Below are positions 34,811-46,990 of a DNA stretch of 64,000 nucleotides, in pieces; within the stretch, counting starts at the first letter, position 1; each line of letters starts with the position of its first letter. The position numbers and the translations under genes are program-made. The notes beneath the pieces were generated by a model. The model did not search any database. It was not told the DNA's origin and saw nothing but the letters and a program-made list of their open reading frames with translations. Source of the stretch: Camelus dromedarius (Eukaryota); contig NC_087445.1 of assembly GCF_036321535.1 (NCBI RefSeq), positions 77,872,001 to 77,936,000 of the forward strand, in the 5' to 3' direction.

Positions 34811-36499
34811 ATAAAGACAATTCTTGCTATGATTAGATCTTAGCTCTCAGTCCACCTGAGGAAGTCCACACAGCCTTCCTCCCCCGTCCATAAAACAAAG
34901 CCCCAAAGACTGGGCCAGCTCCACGACCGTGTCCCCTGCCCTCCGTCCACATCCGTGCCCCCAGCAGCTGCTGCAGCCCTGGCACAGGGACGTGGGGGCT
35001 GAGGAAGAGGCTGGGAGGAGCCCCAGGGCCGTGGGGGCTCAAGGCTCTCTCAGCTCCTTCTTGGCTGTTCTCTCAGGTTTATAAAATGCTTTGCCCCATC
35101 CCTGCACTCAGTTTTCTTAACAGCCTGTGGGACACGCGGTATCGGCATCTACAGGATTGAAAACTGAGGCTCAGAGAGCCACTCCCAGGAGGGGCCAGGA
35201 CCAGGCACAGTACCTCCAGCTCCAAATGCAGCCCCTCTCGGGGGTCCCCAGGAGCCCAGAGGCCACAGGGCTTCCCAGCCGCTTTCCCTCTTTGGAGGAG
35301 AATGAGAACACAGAGGAGGAACAGAGAGAAAAGAGCCCCCCAGCTGCCCCCCTCCTTTCCTCCCATTCCATCTCAGAACCTCAGGGCCCACCTGGCCTGA
35401 GGGCATCCCACTCTCGCTGCTCAAACACCTCCAGGGATGGGAAGCTCACTCCTTACCAGAATGCCCAGCCCTCTGTGGCTTCCTTGGTTGAGCTCAGCCA
35501 TGTGGGCTCAGAGGACAGAGTTCCTCCAAGGCAGAACCTTCTCAAGTGCAAGGTGGCTGGCGACAAGGCGGGACTCACTGGGGGACGCATGTGAGTGACT
35601 GCCCCAGGCTCCCGTTTCCTGTCATGATGTGACGGGGCTGGACCACATCACCCCTGGCTGCTCGGCGTTCTGTGATTACCAGGTCTGGAGCCTCTTGCTG
35701 GTAGATTTTTTCCTTTATAGAGTTTATTTTCCAAAGACTAAATACTAAACCCTGGGGAAGAGGTAAGAGAGGTGTTTCTAAATGCCTAGTTCCAGCGTAG
35801 CTTCTCAGAAAGCAGAGGTGCCTGGGGACTTCTCCCTGCAAATGGAAAATTTGGCCCCGAGGACAAGCTCTCCGGGGTCCAAGACTTGGATCTGGGCTGG
35901 GAGTACATGACACAGAGAGGGAGGAAGGGACAGAGCACACCCCCTCACCTGCTGGAGGGTGGTCTCCAGGCCTGGGGGTAAGAGGACTGCAGGTGGTGGG
36001 GGCGGTCCCAGGAGCCCACGCCTGGCTTGTGAGCTCCACCCCAGGCTCCTCGGTCAGGGAAGGCATCTGGGGTAGACAGAGCCGTGTCTCTCTTTCCATC
36101 TGAACACACGTGCATACAACCCAGTGCAGACCACAGGCCTGTGATTGCCCACTCCCACATGGTGCCCACGAACCATGCACACAAGGACAGACCCTCCCCC
36201 ACACGCCCTGCATGGGGACAGAGGCCCCAGCACGCCATGGCTGCTCCCCCTTCACCCTCTTGCTGGTCACCCCAGAAGGACAGGAAAAAGGCCTACGGTG
36301 CCAGATGACCCACTTTGCATCTCTGCACCCATCCCCTCAGCCCACTCCTGGAACCACCCCTCCCCAGTCTGGGCCTCGGTTTATCTCATTAAAGCGTGGA
36401 CTCTAAGAACAACTTCCCCAACAAGTCAAGCCTCTCCATCCCGGCCGGCACGCAGGATGCTGCCCCCAGGATGCTGCCCCCCGCTGCCGCCCCCCTCCC

Positions 36500-37260
36500 C
36501 GCTCTCAGTCCTCTCGCTGCATCCAGGGGACCCCGAATCGGCTGCCGCTGCGGCCAGTCAGGCTGGAGTTCACTCTCCTAGAGTTAAATTTCCCCCGCCT
36601 TTTTGATGTCACATCCTGTCCCGGCCTGCTTCCCCGCCGCCGCCGCCGCCCCACTCCCGCGCGCGAGCGTGGCGCGCGGGTCCCTCTGCGCCACCCCGCC
36701 CCCGCCCCTTGCCGGCAAACTTTTGGCACCCAGGCCGCCCAGCCGCGCGCCCGAGCTCTGCGGGCGCGGGGCCGTTAGGAGGAGGGGCCGAGGAGGGGCC
36801 GAGGAGGGGCCGAGGGGCGGCCCGCCCCGCCCGCCCGCCGCCCAGCCCGGCCGACCGCGGAGCCGCGCGACGCGCTCGAGATGCAGAACGGAGGCTCCGC
36901 GCAGCAGACCCCACGCGCCGCCTGCTCCGGGTGCTGAAGGCGCGGGGACACGGCCAGGCGCCGCCGGGGAGCCAGCCGAGCCAGGAGCGCGTCCGCGTAC
37001 ACGCAGCCGCCGGCCGCCGAGCACCCAGAGCTCCCTGCACGCCAGGACGTTGGAGGTGGCCGTGAGACATGCAACCGGCCCGGAAGCTCCTCAGCCTCCT
37101 CTTCCTCATCTTGATGGGCACCGAACTCACCCAAGTACGTGCATCCAACGCCATTTTCCTCCCTGCGTGCGAGGCGCCCGCCCGGCCCGGCCTGGGGGAG
37201 CCGGCTAAGTCGGGGAGCAGCTCCGCGCAGCCAGGCGCCCAGCGGGGGGGTTGGGGAGAG
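36500..37260 (+). promoter_or_regulatory. CpG island / promoter of OLFM1 exon A
   Basis: Very high GC and CpG density around the exon A ATG, GC boxes at about 36814-36840, (AGGAGGGGCCG)x3 at 36780-36812, and a CRE-like TGATGTCA at 36604-36611. Boundaries approximate. Confidence 0.85.
37069..37134 (+). CDS. OLFM1: OLFM1 alternative first coding exon A (AMY/AMZ isoforms; signal peptide MQPARKLLSLLFLILMGTELTQ)
   Basis: 22-codon hydrophobic leader recognisable as the noelin/pancortin A exon. Ends in phase 0 at CAA|gtacgt (donor at 37135) and joins in frame to VLPTNPEE of exon M1. Lies in a CpG island. Confidence 0.95.
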
Positions 37261-40200
37261 GGCCTGAGTGCCGACCGTACCTGGGGTGGAGGAAGGGGTG
37301 CAGGCTGACCCCAGACTGGTGCCGGGTGCCCCAGGACCCTCAGCCCTGACCCCTCCCTCCCAGACTCCCTGGGTACCCACTCCCTGCTGAGAAGTTCAAA
37401 GGGCAGCATGGGGAGGGGCATTTGGCTGCTATTGTCATCTGGAGGGAAGGTGGAGCAGGATATCCAGGCCCCCCCCGGCGTTTTCAGAGGAGGGGACTGA
37501 CCTAACTCCCACCCCAACCCGTTTCTGGAGCTTCCTGAGCCCCTGCCTTTGGCCATAATGCTGCCCTTGGGGCTCCCCGGGCAGGACGTGGGCACGGTGT
37601 CTTGGCGACCAGACCAGGAGGGCAGGAGGCATGTCCGGGGCTGGGGTGCATTGTAGACTCAGTGTGGAGGGTGGGGGTTTTGGCCACATGCGCGGCGTGA
37701 AGTGTGAGTGGCAAGCGTGTGCGGGGGCCGCTGGGCATTTTAAGTGGGCTTGCCTTCCCTGAGCAATGTATCAATAGAGAGCCTGTCTCCGGCTGGTATT
37801 CTCCATTTTAAAAATGCATTTCAGAGCTGGCAGGTCTGGGAGGAGAAGGGCTGCCTGGGAGGAGAAGGGCTGCCTGGGAGCGCTGGGCTGGGGGTGTTGC
37901 TTTGGCACCAGGGTGCTGGGAAGAAGAGCCTGCCAGCTTCGGGAGTCAGGCTGCTCAGAGTGACATTAAAATGCCCTTTCCATGGTGCCACTGTGCCACG
38001 GTCTGAGCTGGGAGATGCTGGCTGTTAGCAACTGCAAGTCTGGGAGATGGATGGGCTGCCAACATCTTGGCCTCAAGTCCCAGCTGCCCCTGACCCTCTT
38101 TCCGTGTCCCCCCACCCTGTCCCTGCCTCTCTCCCTCTTAGAATAAAAGAGGAAACAAAAGAGAGAAGAGAGGGTGTGAGGTGGCTCACAGGAGAGAAGG
38201 CTCTGGAATAAGCTTCCCTGGCTTTGCCTTGAAGCCCTTTGGGCTCCCTGGCTCTGCCGAGAAGTGCAGCCCCAGCCCCGGCACCTGGAGGGTTTGTCAT
38301 CCCACCTGCCTCAGAGACCCCTGCCCTGGGGCCACGCAGTCAGCCAGGCCCCCTGGAGAGGTTCTGCACCACCTTCAGGAGAGAAGCATTCCTGGCTGCG
38401 GGGAAGGGCGGGCTTGTGCCCTGTGGATGGACAGTTGTACGCATGCATGTGCACACACTCACACACACCCTCCCACACGCTTACACCCGCAGACACGGGT
38501 GCACACGGCAGAGAGGAGCCAGGCGGCGTGTGCCTTGTTAGACATCTTGGGCAAGAAGTCCTTCTGGCCTCCTCTCCACCAGGCTCCCTGGGCCTCTGTT
38601 CCCAGCCCACAAGGTGCTTTTCCTCCAGACCTTCTCCTCTCGATCTTTTTAAAGATCTCCTGTTCTTGGAAGAAACTTTTGGCTCAAAAGTTGAACCTTC
38701 TGTTGAAAGCCTTGTCTCGAGGGTGAGAGGGTTCACCCGGCCCCCCTGACGGCCATGTGAGTGTGGCCAGCCCCCGCACGCACATCTGCAGCCCGGCCGT
38801 CCTTTTCAGGACCCTGGTCAGTGCCCAGAACCCACGGGGGGTGGGGAGGGGGTGCAGGAAGGAAACCGGTGCTGCTGCCTTTGGAGGGCTCCTCTTTCTG
38901 AAGCGAGCTGTGAGAGCTCTCGGGGGGGGGTGCCTCGCTCCACACAGCCGGGAGGCACAGCCCGCTCCCTGGGCCTGCCTCTGAGGCTATACCTTCAGAA
39001 TCCTCTGCTGGAGGCCTGTGACCCTTAATCGTGGTGGGATTTTAGAGCAAAGGCTCAACTGGTGAAAACCTCCCCCACCATTTCGAGTCAGTGAAGGAGT
39101 CAGAGCGCGGCTGGCCCGGCCACCAGCCCCAGGGAGCCCAGCTGCCCTGGCCCCCGTGGGCCGCTCTGGGGGTGGCCCAGGTGCCTCCCTCCTTCAGCAG
39201 TGACCTCCGAGGCCGGGACTGGGACTGGGAGCGTGTGGGGGCACTGGGCTGGGCTGCTCTGATCTGTGAGCCGCTTGGGGACAGCCCTACCTGAGAATCT
39301 TGCTTTCCTGACCCCAAAGGGAGAAGCCACGTGGCGTGGTGCCAGGAGTAATGCTACCCACGTGTGCGAGGGAACAAACCACCTCTGGGCTTCAGGAAAA
39401 GAGCAGACGCCTGAGCCGTGTGGGCCGCCTCCCTTCACCCCTTCCTCTCCCACTTCAGGCTACTTGTTCCTACAGCCACGCCCTCCGTCTCAGGGCCCCT
39501 CCTGGGACGTGGACGTAAGGTTCCAGGGCAGGGCCGCCGTGTTTAAGGATTAGCACGCGTGGAAATGGGAACAAGTCAGCAACGTGCGGGTTCGACCTGC
39601 GCTTCACAAGCGCTGCTTGAAGGATTCAGGCAGACGGAGCGGGGGGACAGCACATGGCCAGGCCATCTGTTCTCCCGACAGCTCGCTTACGATGAGCTGC
39701 TCAGTCAAACGCCAACTAGTGATCGATGGCCTACTACGCGCCAGGCTCGTGGGCCCAGATGAACTCTGTCCCTAGACAGAAAGATGCCTTACTGAGTCTT
39801 GTTCTGTGATTTTCAATAAAAGGCTGGCGTTCCGAGCTCCTTGAGAAACGTGGTCCGGAGCTTCCCAGCTGGGCACCAGGAGGGGGTTGATCTCCCTGTC
39901 TTGGGCGGGGGGGGGGTGGGGGAGCGGCGCTGGGGCTGCCTGAGCCCCGCCCACCCCAGCCCGTCTCACTCTCCCTTCAGAGGGAAGCAGCCCTGTGTGC
40001 AATGGCGTGAAAGGGGCGGGAAGCTCTGGGGCAACGACCTTGGACCCGACAGCCCTTACCCTCCCCAGGCTCACCAGCCGCTGACTGGTGACCTTGGGAA
40101 CAGCTCTTAGCTTCGGCCTCGGCTTCCACCTTTTGAAAACGAGGAGGATGAAGCCAGGTGCTGCTTGAAGATGTCTCCCCGCCTCAAAGCCCCGCTCCGC

Positions 40201-41879
40201 CCTCTCCAGCTCTCCTGCCCCACGCAGCTCTAGGACGCCCGCTGCTCCAGTGGAACTCAGTCAGCTGGGCTGGCGCGGCTGAGTCCGAGCCTGGCTGTCT
40301 GGCTCCTGGGCCACCATGCTGAGCAGCGTGGCCTGAGGCTCTGCCGTAGCTGTTTCAGAGGCTCGAGGGCTGCCTGAACCCAGGCTGTGGGGCCGGTGGG
40401 GGGGGGGGCTCTTCCCCGGGAGCTGAGGCAGCGGGAGAAGAGGTGCCGTGGGGCCCCGAGCTCACAGCTGGGTGAGCGGGGGAGGAGCAGGTGGGCAGAG
40501 GGGCCACTCGCCCAGGCCACAGCATGAGAGGAGCCCTGTATCCGGGGTTCAGCAAAAGCGTGTTGAGGGTTTGGGTAATCTCAGGAGTGAAGTGGGTCTC
40601 TGCTCGTCAGTCCACTGGCCCCAGGCCAGGCGTGGCCTTCCTTAACGACCTGACAACCCCAACAGCAGCACCTTGGGTGTGTGGTTCCAGGTGTCTCTGA
40701 GCACAGGGCATCCTTGAGGACCAGCTGTTACTGGGGTGGTCCTGTGCCTTCAGGCTTTCTGGCGCCATGCCCTGTGCTGGCCCTGAGCTCGGGGGCCTGG
40801 AAGAGATATGAGAGGACCCTCGGGGGAGGTGTGATGAGTGCCGAGGTCAGGCCAGTGTCACAGAGGGGCTGGCGTGGGGTTCAGCCCCTCAGAATCCCCA
40901 TCTCTTCAAACCTGTTCTCTCCTCCTCAAGTTCAGCCAGTTCTGGAGTGGAAGACCCCCAACCCACTCCCCTGAACAAATTTAACAAGAATAAAACCGTC
41001 CGTTCCAATAGAAGCGTGAATTCTGTCACCTGCTTGAGTCTAAACTCGGGCCCGATGACCCCACTGACTTCCTGTCCATTTGTCCCAGCCCCTGGTCTCC
41101 CCGCCTTTCAGGCCCACATCTGCTCTGGACGCTGGAGCTTTTGTGGTGAGGGAGCTGGGGGGGCTCGGACACCGAGGCCCTGCCGTGAACCAGGTAGTTC
41201 AGAGTGCATGGAATTTGCTCCGTCTTTACACTGAGGTTGGCCCTGCCTCGGGGGCTGGCGGGAGGCCGTCTGTGGACACACAGACCCAGAGGAGCTCCCA
41301 TTTCTGGGCGGGAAGGCTCTGTGACACAGCGGGGAGGGGGGGAGCTGTGAATTCTCAGCATCAGGCAGCTGCTTCGTCTCCAAAAGCAATTTGCTCCTGG
41401 TTGCACTGGCTTCAGCCGTCCCCCGTAAGAAGAAAGGTGATTTTCTGCCATGGGTTGTATTTATTACCAAAGTTACCAGGCCCTGTAATCAGCATTTGCA
41501 TCCCCGTGGAAAGTAATACAGAACTAATTACTATCTAAACTGAATTAGACGCATGGCAGCTGTGCGCGGGGCTGACGGGCCGGGAGCCAGCTTTTGGCTC
41601 CGAGAGGTGCCGGGCAGACGCGCCTCACGCCCGGAGGCCTGCGGCCGCGAGGTCCCTCCCACGGTGGCTGCGGTGACCCGGGAGAAGGCAGGGCGGGAAA
41701 ATGCCCATCTCCTTGCGTTTCAGATTGTTACACAGAAGAAACTCGCCAGGGGCTTAAAGCACGAGGGAGAAAGCCGGGCAGGAAGGCCGGTGCTTTCTGA
41801 GCGTCAGCACATGCTCAGCTCCCCGCCAGGAACGGCATCTGGGTCGTGCAGGAGCTGCCCCGGCAGCCCCGTGTTGCTG

Positions 41880-42030
41880 TCCTTGCTCCTGAAACAAGGA
41901 AACTGAGGCTCAGGGGGCAGGGGTGGAGGGGAAAGTAACCGGCCAGTGGTCAAGCAGGGAGGTGACAGACCCCGAGTGCAGCCCCAAGGCTGCCTGACGC
42001 CCAAATTCATGTTCTTAAGTCGGAGAGGGA
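41880..42030 (-). mobile_element. MIR SINE
   Basis: GGAAACTGAGGCTCAG...AAGTAAC...CTGCCTGACGCCCAAATTCATGTTCTTAA. Confidence 0.65.
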
Positions 42031-45006
42031 AAAATACGAAGTAGAGACAGCAGCTCGGCGTCGCGAGGACCAGTGGGGAAGCGGCGCCGGGCGCCGTCAG
42101 GCCCGCTCACGCCGCCTGTGCAGGACTTGAGGGCTGTGTCTCTAACTGTGCGGCCAAATGCTCGGCCGCTCCGACCTTGGAGCTCGGCTTTTCAAAGAGG
42201 GACAGCAGGGCGGGAGGTGCCTCGGCCGGTGTGGGGCCCCGCGGGGCCGTTTGCTTCCTGCCTCTGAAGCCGGGGAGCTGGAAAAGCCCCTCCATCCTGG
42301 AGGTGGAGGGCGTCTGCCCGCGAGGGGGCCCCGCGTCCCTCACGTGGTTCTCTTTGGCTAAAGCAGGGCTCATGCCGGGAGCCCGGCACCTCCGAATCTC
42401 CTCGCATCTGCTTGACGCCCGGGGTGCAGGAAGTCAGAAATAGGACAAGGGGGCTCTTAGCCGATGGGACCTCTAAATCTCCGCACCGCCCAAACACTGC
42501 AGTTCTGGTGACACCACTGTTGCATTTGGCGTAGCCTGTAACTCAGGGGAAGACCCGCAGGCACGGGGGCGGGCTCCTCCTTGCAGACACCACGCCCCCT
42601 TCTGCTGCACCCAGGTCGAGTCCCATGACCAGCGCCTGGTGACGGTGGGTGACGGTGGCCTCCATGCTCTCGAGTGGGGTTCAGAAGACGTGGGCTTCCC
42701 TCATCTACCTGCCCTGGTGCCGGCAGTGGGGACTGGGCCCGGAGGCTCCCAATGTTCTGTTCAAGGACATTTAAAACCAGGCGGCCAGTCAGAGGGTAGG
42801 GGGCTGTGAAGAGCCTGGACTGAGGCGTCCAGGGGAGAGAAGGGAGGGAGGATGCTGAAGCCCCAGGCTTTGTCCACGGTGGACGCTCTCACCTTGCAGA
42901 CGCTCACCTAAGGCAGCTCGGTTCCCTGCAGTAATTGACTGAGCACATAAGACGCCGTCCAGGAGCTTAAAGCTCCCAGCACAGAGGACTCCGCTGTGCA
43001 CGTGGCTCTTAGAGTATCTCTGACAGGAAAGTCACTCTTGTTTGCTTCAGGTGATAGTTTGGGTGTCTAAGAGTCAAAGAAAGGACAGAGGTGTATGTAT
43101 AAATGTGATCAATCGCTTTACTGGCCACGCCAGTGGCTGTAACTCACGGCCCAGCGGGACTGGAAGACAAGCGCGCTCAGGTTTGGAAACACTTCTGACC
43201 TCCGGTGAGTGGGAGCCTGTGCCCCGCCCCGTCCAGGCAGAGCCCGGCCCACGAATCCTGCCCGTTGACTCTGCGTGGGTGGGGCCAGGGCTGAGTGGCA
43301 GCTGGGGAGAGGGCGTCCGCCCAGTTACTCCATGAACAGCTCCCGGGGTTTCTGCAGAGACAACCCCAGCCCTGGGTGGAGGTGCCCAGGTTTCTGCGGC
43401 CAAGTCTGGTCTCAGTGGGCAGGGGTCCTCGTTGGTTTGAGATGCTGGTGACGTGTGAGGGTGGAGTGTGTGCTCCCGGAGTGGCCCCACGTGGGAGCCT
43501 CTGGAATCAGGCAGCTCCAAGACCTCTGCTCTGAGCACATGTTCCATTCTGGGGTGTCTCATGCATCGCCAGTTGGACCCCGGAGTGGGCCCTTTGATGT
43601 TTTGTAATGATGCCGCCTTCTAATTCATGTCAGGATCAATGACTTACTCAGCAAAAACAAGCCTGTCCTCACCAGCTATGATCAGTTCCCTTAGATGGAA
43701 AGTGGGGAACGGTAACTTTTGTGGGGCCCCGAAACCATGCGCTCAATCCGGAGGGCCAGCTGCCTGCTGAACTCTCCTGTCTCTGTTCTTCAAACCGCCA
43801 CTCCCAGAATTGGACCCCATTTCTGTTGGGGCAACCCGGACAAGATGGGGCTGTGGCTCCCCCTGGTCTGGACGTGGCAGTCTGAAGCAGCATTCAGGAA
43901 AGGAGTGTGGAACTCTCCGGAGCCAGAGCAGAGAGTGTGGGAGGAGGCGGGGTGGCCTTGGACTCTGGACAGACAGAGCACTTGGACGGGCGCTGGCCCT
44001 GGGGCAGTCGCAGCGTTGGCAGAGCCCCTCCCTCAGGGAGGTGGCCCCCATCCTAGGGTTTGACTAGAGGCCATGCATCCAGGCGCCAGAGGGACCGTGC
44101 ACCCGAGTGGGCGAGGAAGGAAGGATGGCCATGGTGGTCCCCGTGGCTGCTGGTTCCAGATCCCCATGGGCGCCCCCAGGTTTCCCCGGCCCGAGACCAG
44201 GTCCTCCCCTGCTCCAAGGCTACCCTTCCTCCCACAAGAAGGTAGAAGGGAGGGCCTGTGCGGGATGGAGGGAGTAGAGGGCCGCCCAGCTCATCTGTCT
44301 CTCTCCCGCCTCCTCCTTTGTCCCCCCCCCCCCAGGCTGTCCACCCCCAGGCTCTGTGCGCACAGCATGAGGGACATGCGCATAGTCTTAAACAGCAAAG
44401 GGGTGTCGAACTTTGTCCTCTGGGGATGTCTCTGCCAAGGAGCAGCAGGGCTGGTGCTGCTCCCAGCAAGTGCCCGCTCCGTGGACCTCAGTTTTTGTCC
44501 GTGGATCAGAGACAGTCGGACATGCCTCCTCGCTCGCCCCACAGCAGTGACGGGCTTCGTGTGGTACCGCACCCACCCCCGTGCGCCGTCCCTTAGAAGA
44601 ACGACAGGGCTGTAGGCAGGAGGATGCCTGCAGGCTTATGTAACGTCAGTCCTCATTTTCAGAGCCGTGAAACCAGCGGCTGAGGAAGTCAGCGCTCTTG
44701 TTTTCACGTGCGCTGGTGAATCTGCACAGACCCACCAAGGTCAAGGCTGGCTTGGGCTGGTGCGAGGACAGAACCCTGGCCGGTACAAGGAGCTCGGCAG
44801 GTGACGCAGCCTGCAGGCTCTGCTGGGGACCACGGTGGGGAGGGAAGACCTCGCCGCCCTCCCAGGGGCTTAGCTGACCAGGACCCAGGGATGCTCCGGC
44901 AGAAATGCCCGGGGCACCGTGCCCCATGGAATCACACAGCTGGTGGATGTCTGTGGCCACACAGATCACACTGCTCCCTCAACTTGAGAGATTTCGCCAT
45001 GGCTCA

Positions 45007-45323
45007 TGCTATGGTCTGAATGTTTTTGTCCCCCCTACCGCGTTTCGTATGTTGAAATCCTAACCCCCAAAGAGGACGGCACGAGGAGGAGGGCCTTTGG
45101 GAGGTGCACTGCCCTCACGAGTGGGATCAGCCCCTCATCTGGGGGTCCAGGGAGCTCCCTCCACCACGGAGGACACGGCAGGAGGCCCCCACTGAACCAG
45201 GAGCGAGGGCCTCGCCAGGACGTGCCGCGCCTGTGCCTTGATCGCGGATGTCCGGCCTCCAGGACCATGAACCATAAAGGTGGTCTCTAGTTGCCCAGTT
45301 GGTGTCTTGAACGGACCCAAACA
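45007..45323 (+). mobile_element. MaLR LTR (MLT1A0-like)
   Basis: TGCTATGGTCTGAATGTTTTTGTCCCCCC...TATGTTGAAATCCTAACCCCCAA...GGGCCTTTGGGAGGTG...GCCTCCAGGACCATGA...GAACGGACCCAAACA. Confidence 0.85.
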
Positions 45324-46884
45324 CCATGACTTCTGGAGGGCAAAGGTGGACCCTGTCTTCGGGCTCGGCCCTGGGAACAGCTGGCTCACCGTATGATCTT
45401 GGGCAGATCTTGTCATCTTTCCAAGCCCCAAACGCCTCCTCCGTAAGCGGGAGCGGGCGTCTGTAAGGTCACGGCTTAGCCGGAGGGCGCCTGGGGCGCG
45501 GGGCCTGCTTGGGGCGTAAGGACGGTTGCTTAGAGCTGTGAATGTGAGTGAGTCCTTGCTTCGAGGAGAGCGTGTGGAAGTCGGGGCTTACATTCCTTCT
45601 AAGGGACACCTGGTGTTGGCCAACGCCATGGATCCTTCCATCCAAATGCCTTCGTCCTTCCACCATCCATAGTTTGCTTTTGGAGGCACACTGCAGCTTC
45701 TAAATTAAACTGCACCTGCTGGAGGGTTCTTGGACGGCCCTGTCAAATTCTTTAAAAGCCAGTCTTTCTTACCAAATCACAGGTTGCAGACGCTGGAAAG
45801 GACCTTGGTTTGGGACTGGGTGAGTGGGAAGTGACCCACCTTGAACCTCCCAGTGGTTAGAGCGGCCGGGGTGCAGGCTCCCAGCTGGGCAGGAAGCAGC
45901 TGTACCGCTATGTCCACACACTCCACCCGGGAGGGAGGGGCGCGCACAGAGCCTCTGTTCAGTTCTCTGTCGAGAACAGACAGGTCATGAGATGATGACT
46001 AGGATTTAAAGGCGGCCGGGTGGGTGCGAGTCAGCTCTTCCTCCCGCCCTGCTCAGTGCTTTGACCTCCGCGGGGTCAGCTTAGTTCCCCAAGGGCTGTG
46101 GGCAGTCCAAGGGGCAGCCCGCATCTGGCAGGCCCCATGCGAGTAGCCCACAGCCACATTTTTAAAAGACGGCTTCCCAGCCGTGCCTTACGGGAAGCCA
46201 GAAACCCCTGCTGGCTCCACAGCACAGCCGCACGCCCAGGAGAAACATGACCGGGGCTTTCAAGTCTCCAGGCGGGCCCTAACTGCCCGTGCCCTAGATG
46301 GTGGGAGGGAGTCCCGGGCCGGGGGCTGAAGGCGCCCCTCAGCCCTTGGGTCCTCCGGCCTCCAGCAGCCGCATTGGGTTCATGCTTGCAAACGACCTGG
46401 GCTTCATCTCCTCCGCTGAAGCGCCCAGCCAGTGGCAGTGTTCTAATGTAGAGTAACTGTAAATCCTGTGGGACACTGCGGCCGTGAAACTGTATCAGAA
46501 GTTCTTCAAGACCAGGAGAAGGTTTTGGGGGGGAGGGCTGTTTTGTTTCTTGTTTCTCTGCTTGTTGGGAATTCACTCTCCTAGAACGCGGCCCTGGTGT
46601 TGGGAGTTGCCTTCAGGTCCAGCAGTCCCTCCTCTGCGTTTGTCCATCTGTATCAACAGCACCTCCGGTGCGTGGTCTTTGGCCAACAGCAGCTCTTAGG
46701 AAAGGTGATGGAGGTCTCCAGGGACATCGAATCCCAGCTCTGCCAGCGGTCACTCAGCTGAGGGTCCCCTCCGAGCACCTTTGAGCCTCTGCAAAGCGAG
46801 GATGACCAGGACGGGCACCTTCCTTGGCTGCCACATCCGTTGTGGCATGGATTCACTGAATCCTCGCACACCCCAGAGAGAAAG

Positions 46885-46990
46885 GTGCTATTATTAAACC
46901 CATTTTACAGATGGGGAAATCGAGACACAGAAGGGCTAATTACCTCGGCCAGAGTCTCCCAACCCCTAAGTGGCAGAGCCAGGGCTCAGA
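46885..46990 (-). mobile_element. MIR SINE
   Basis: ATTATTAAACCCATTTTACAGATGGGGAAATCGAGACACAGAAGGGCTAATTACC...AAGTGGCAGAGCCAGGG. Confidence 0.8.

Noticed and set aside
1-36400. Search for neighbouring genes (ficolins, COL5A1 3' exons) expected upstream of OLFM1 by human synteny
   Set aside because: No Gly-X-Y collagen runs or fibrinogen-like exons seen, so the region is treated as intergenic.
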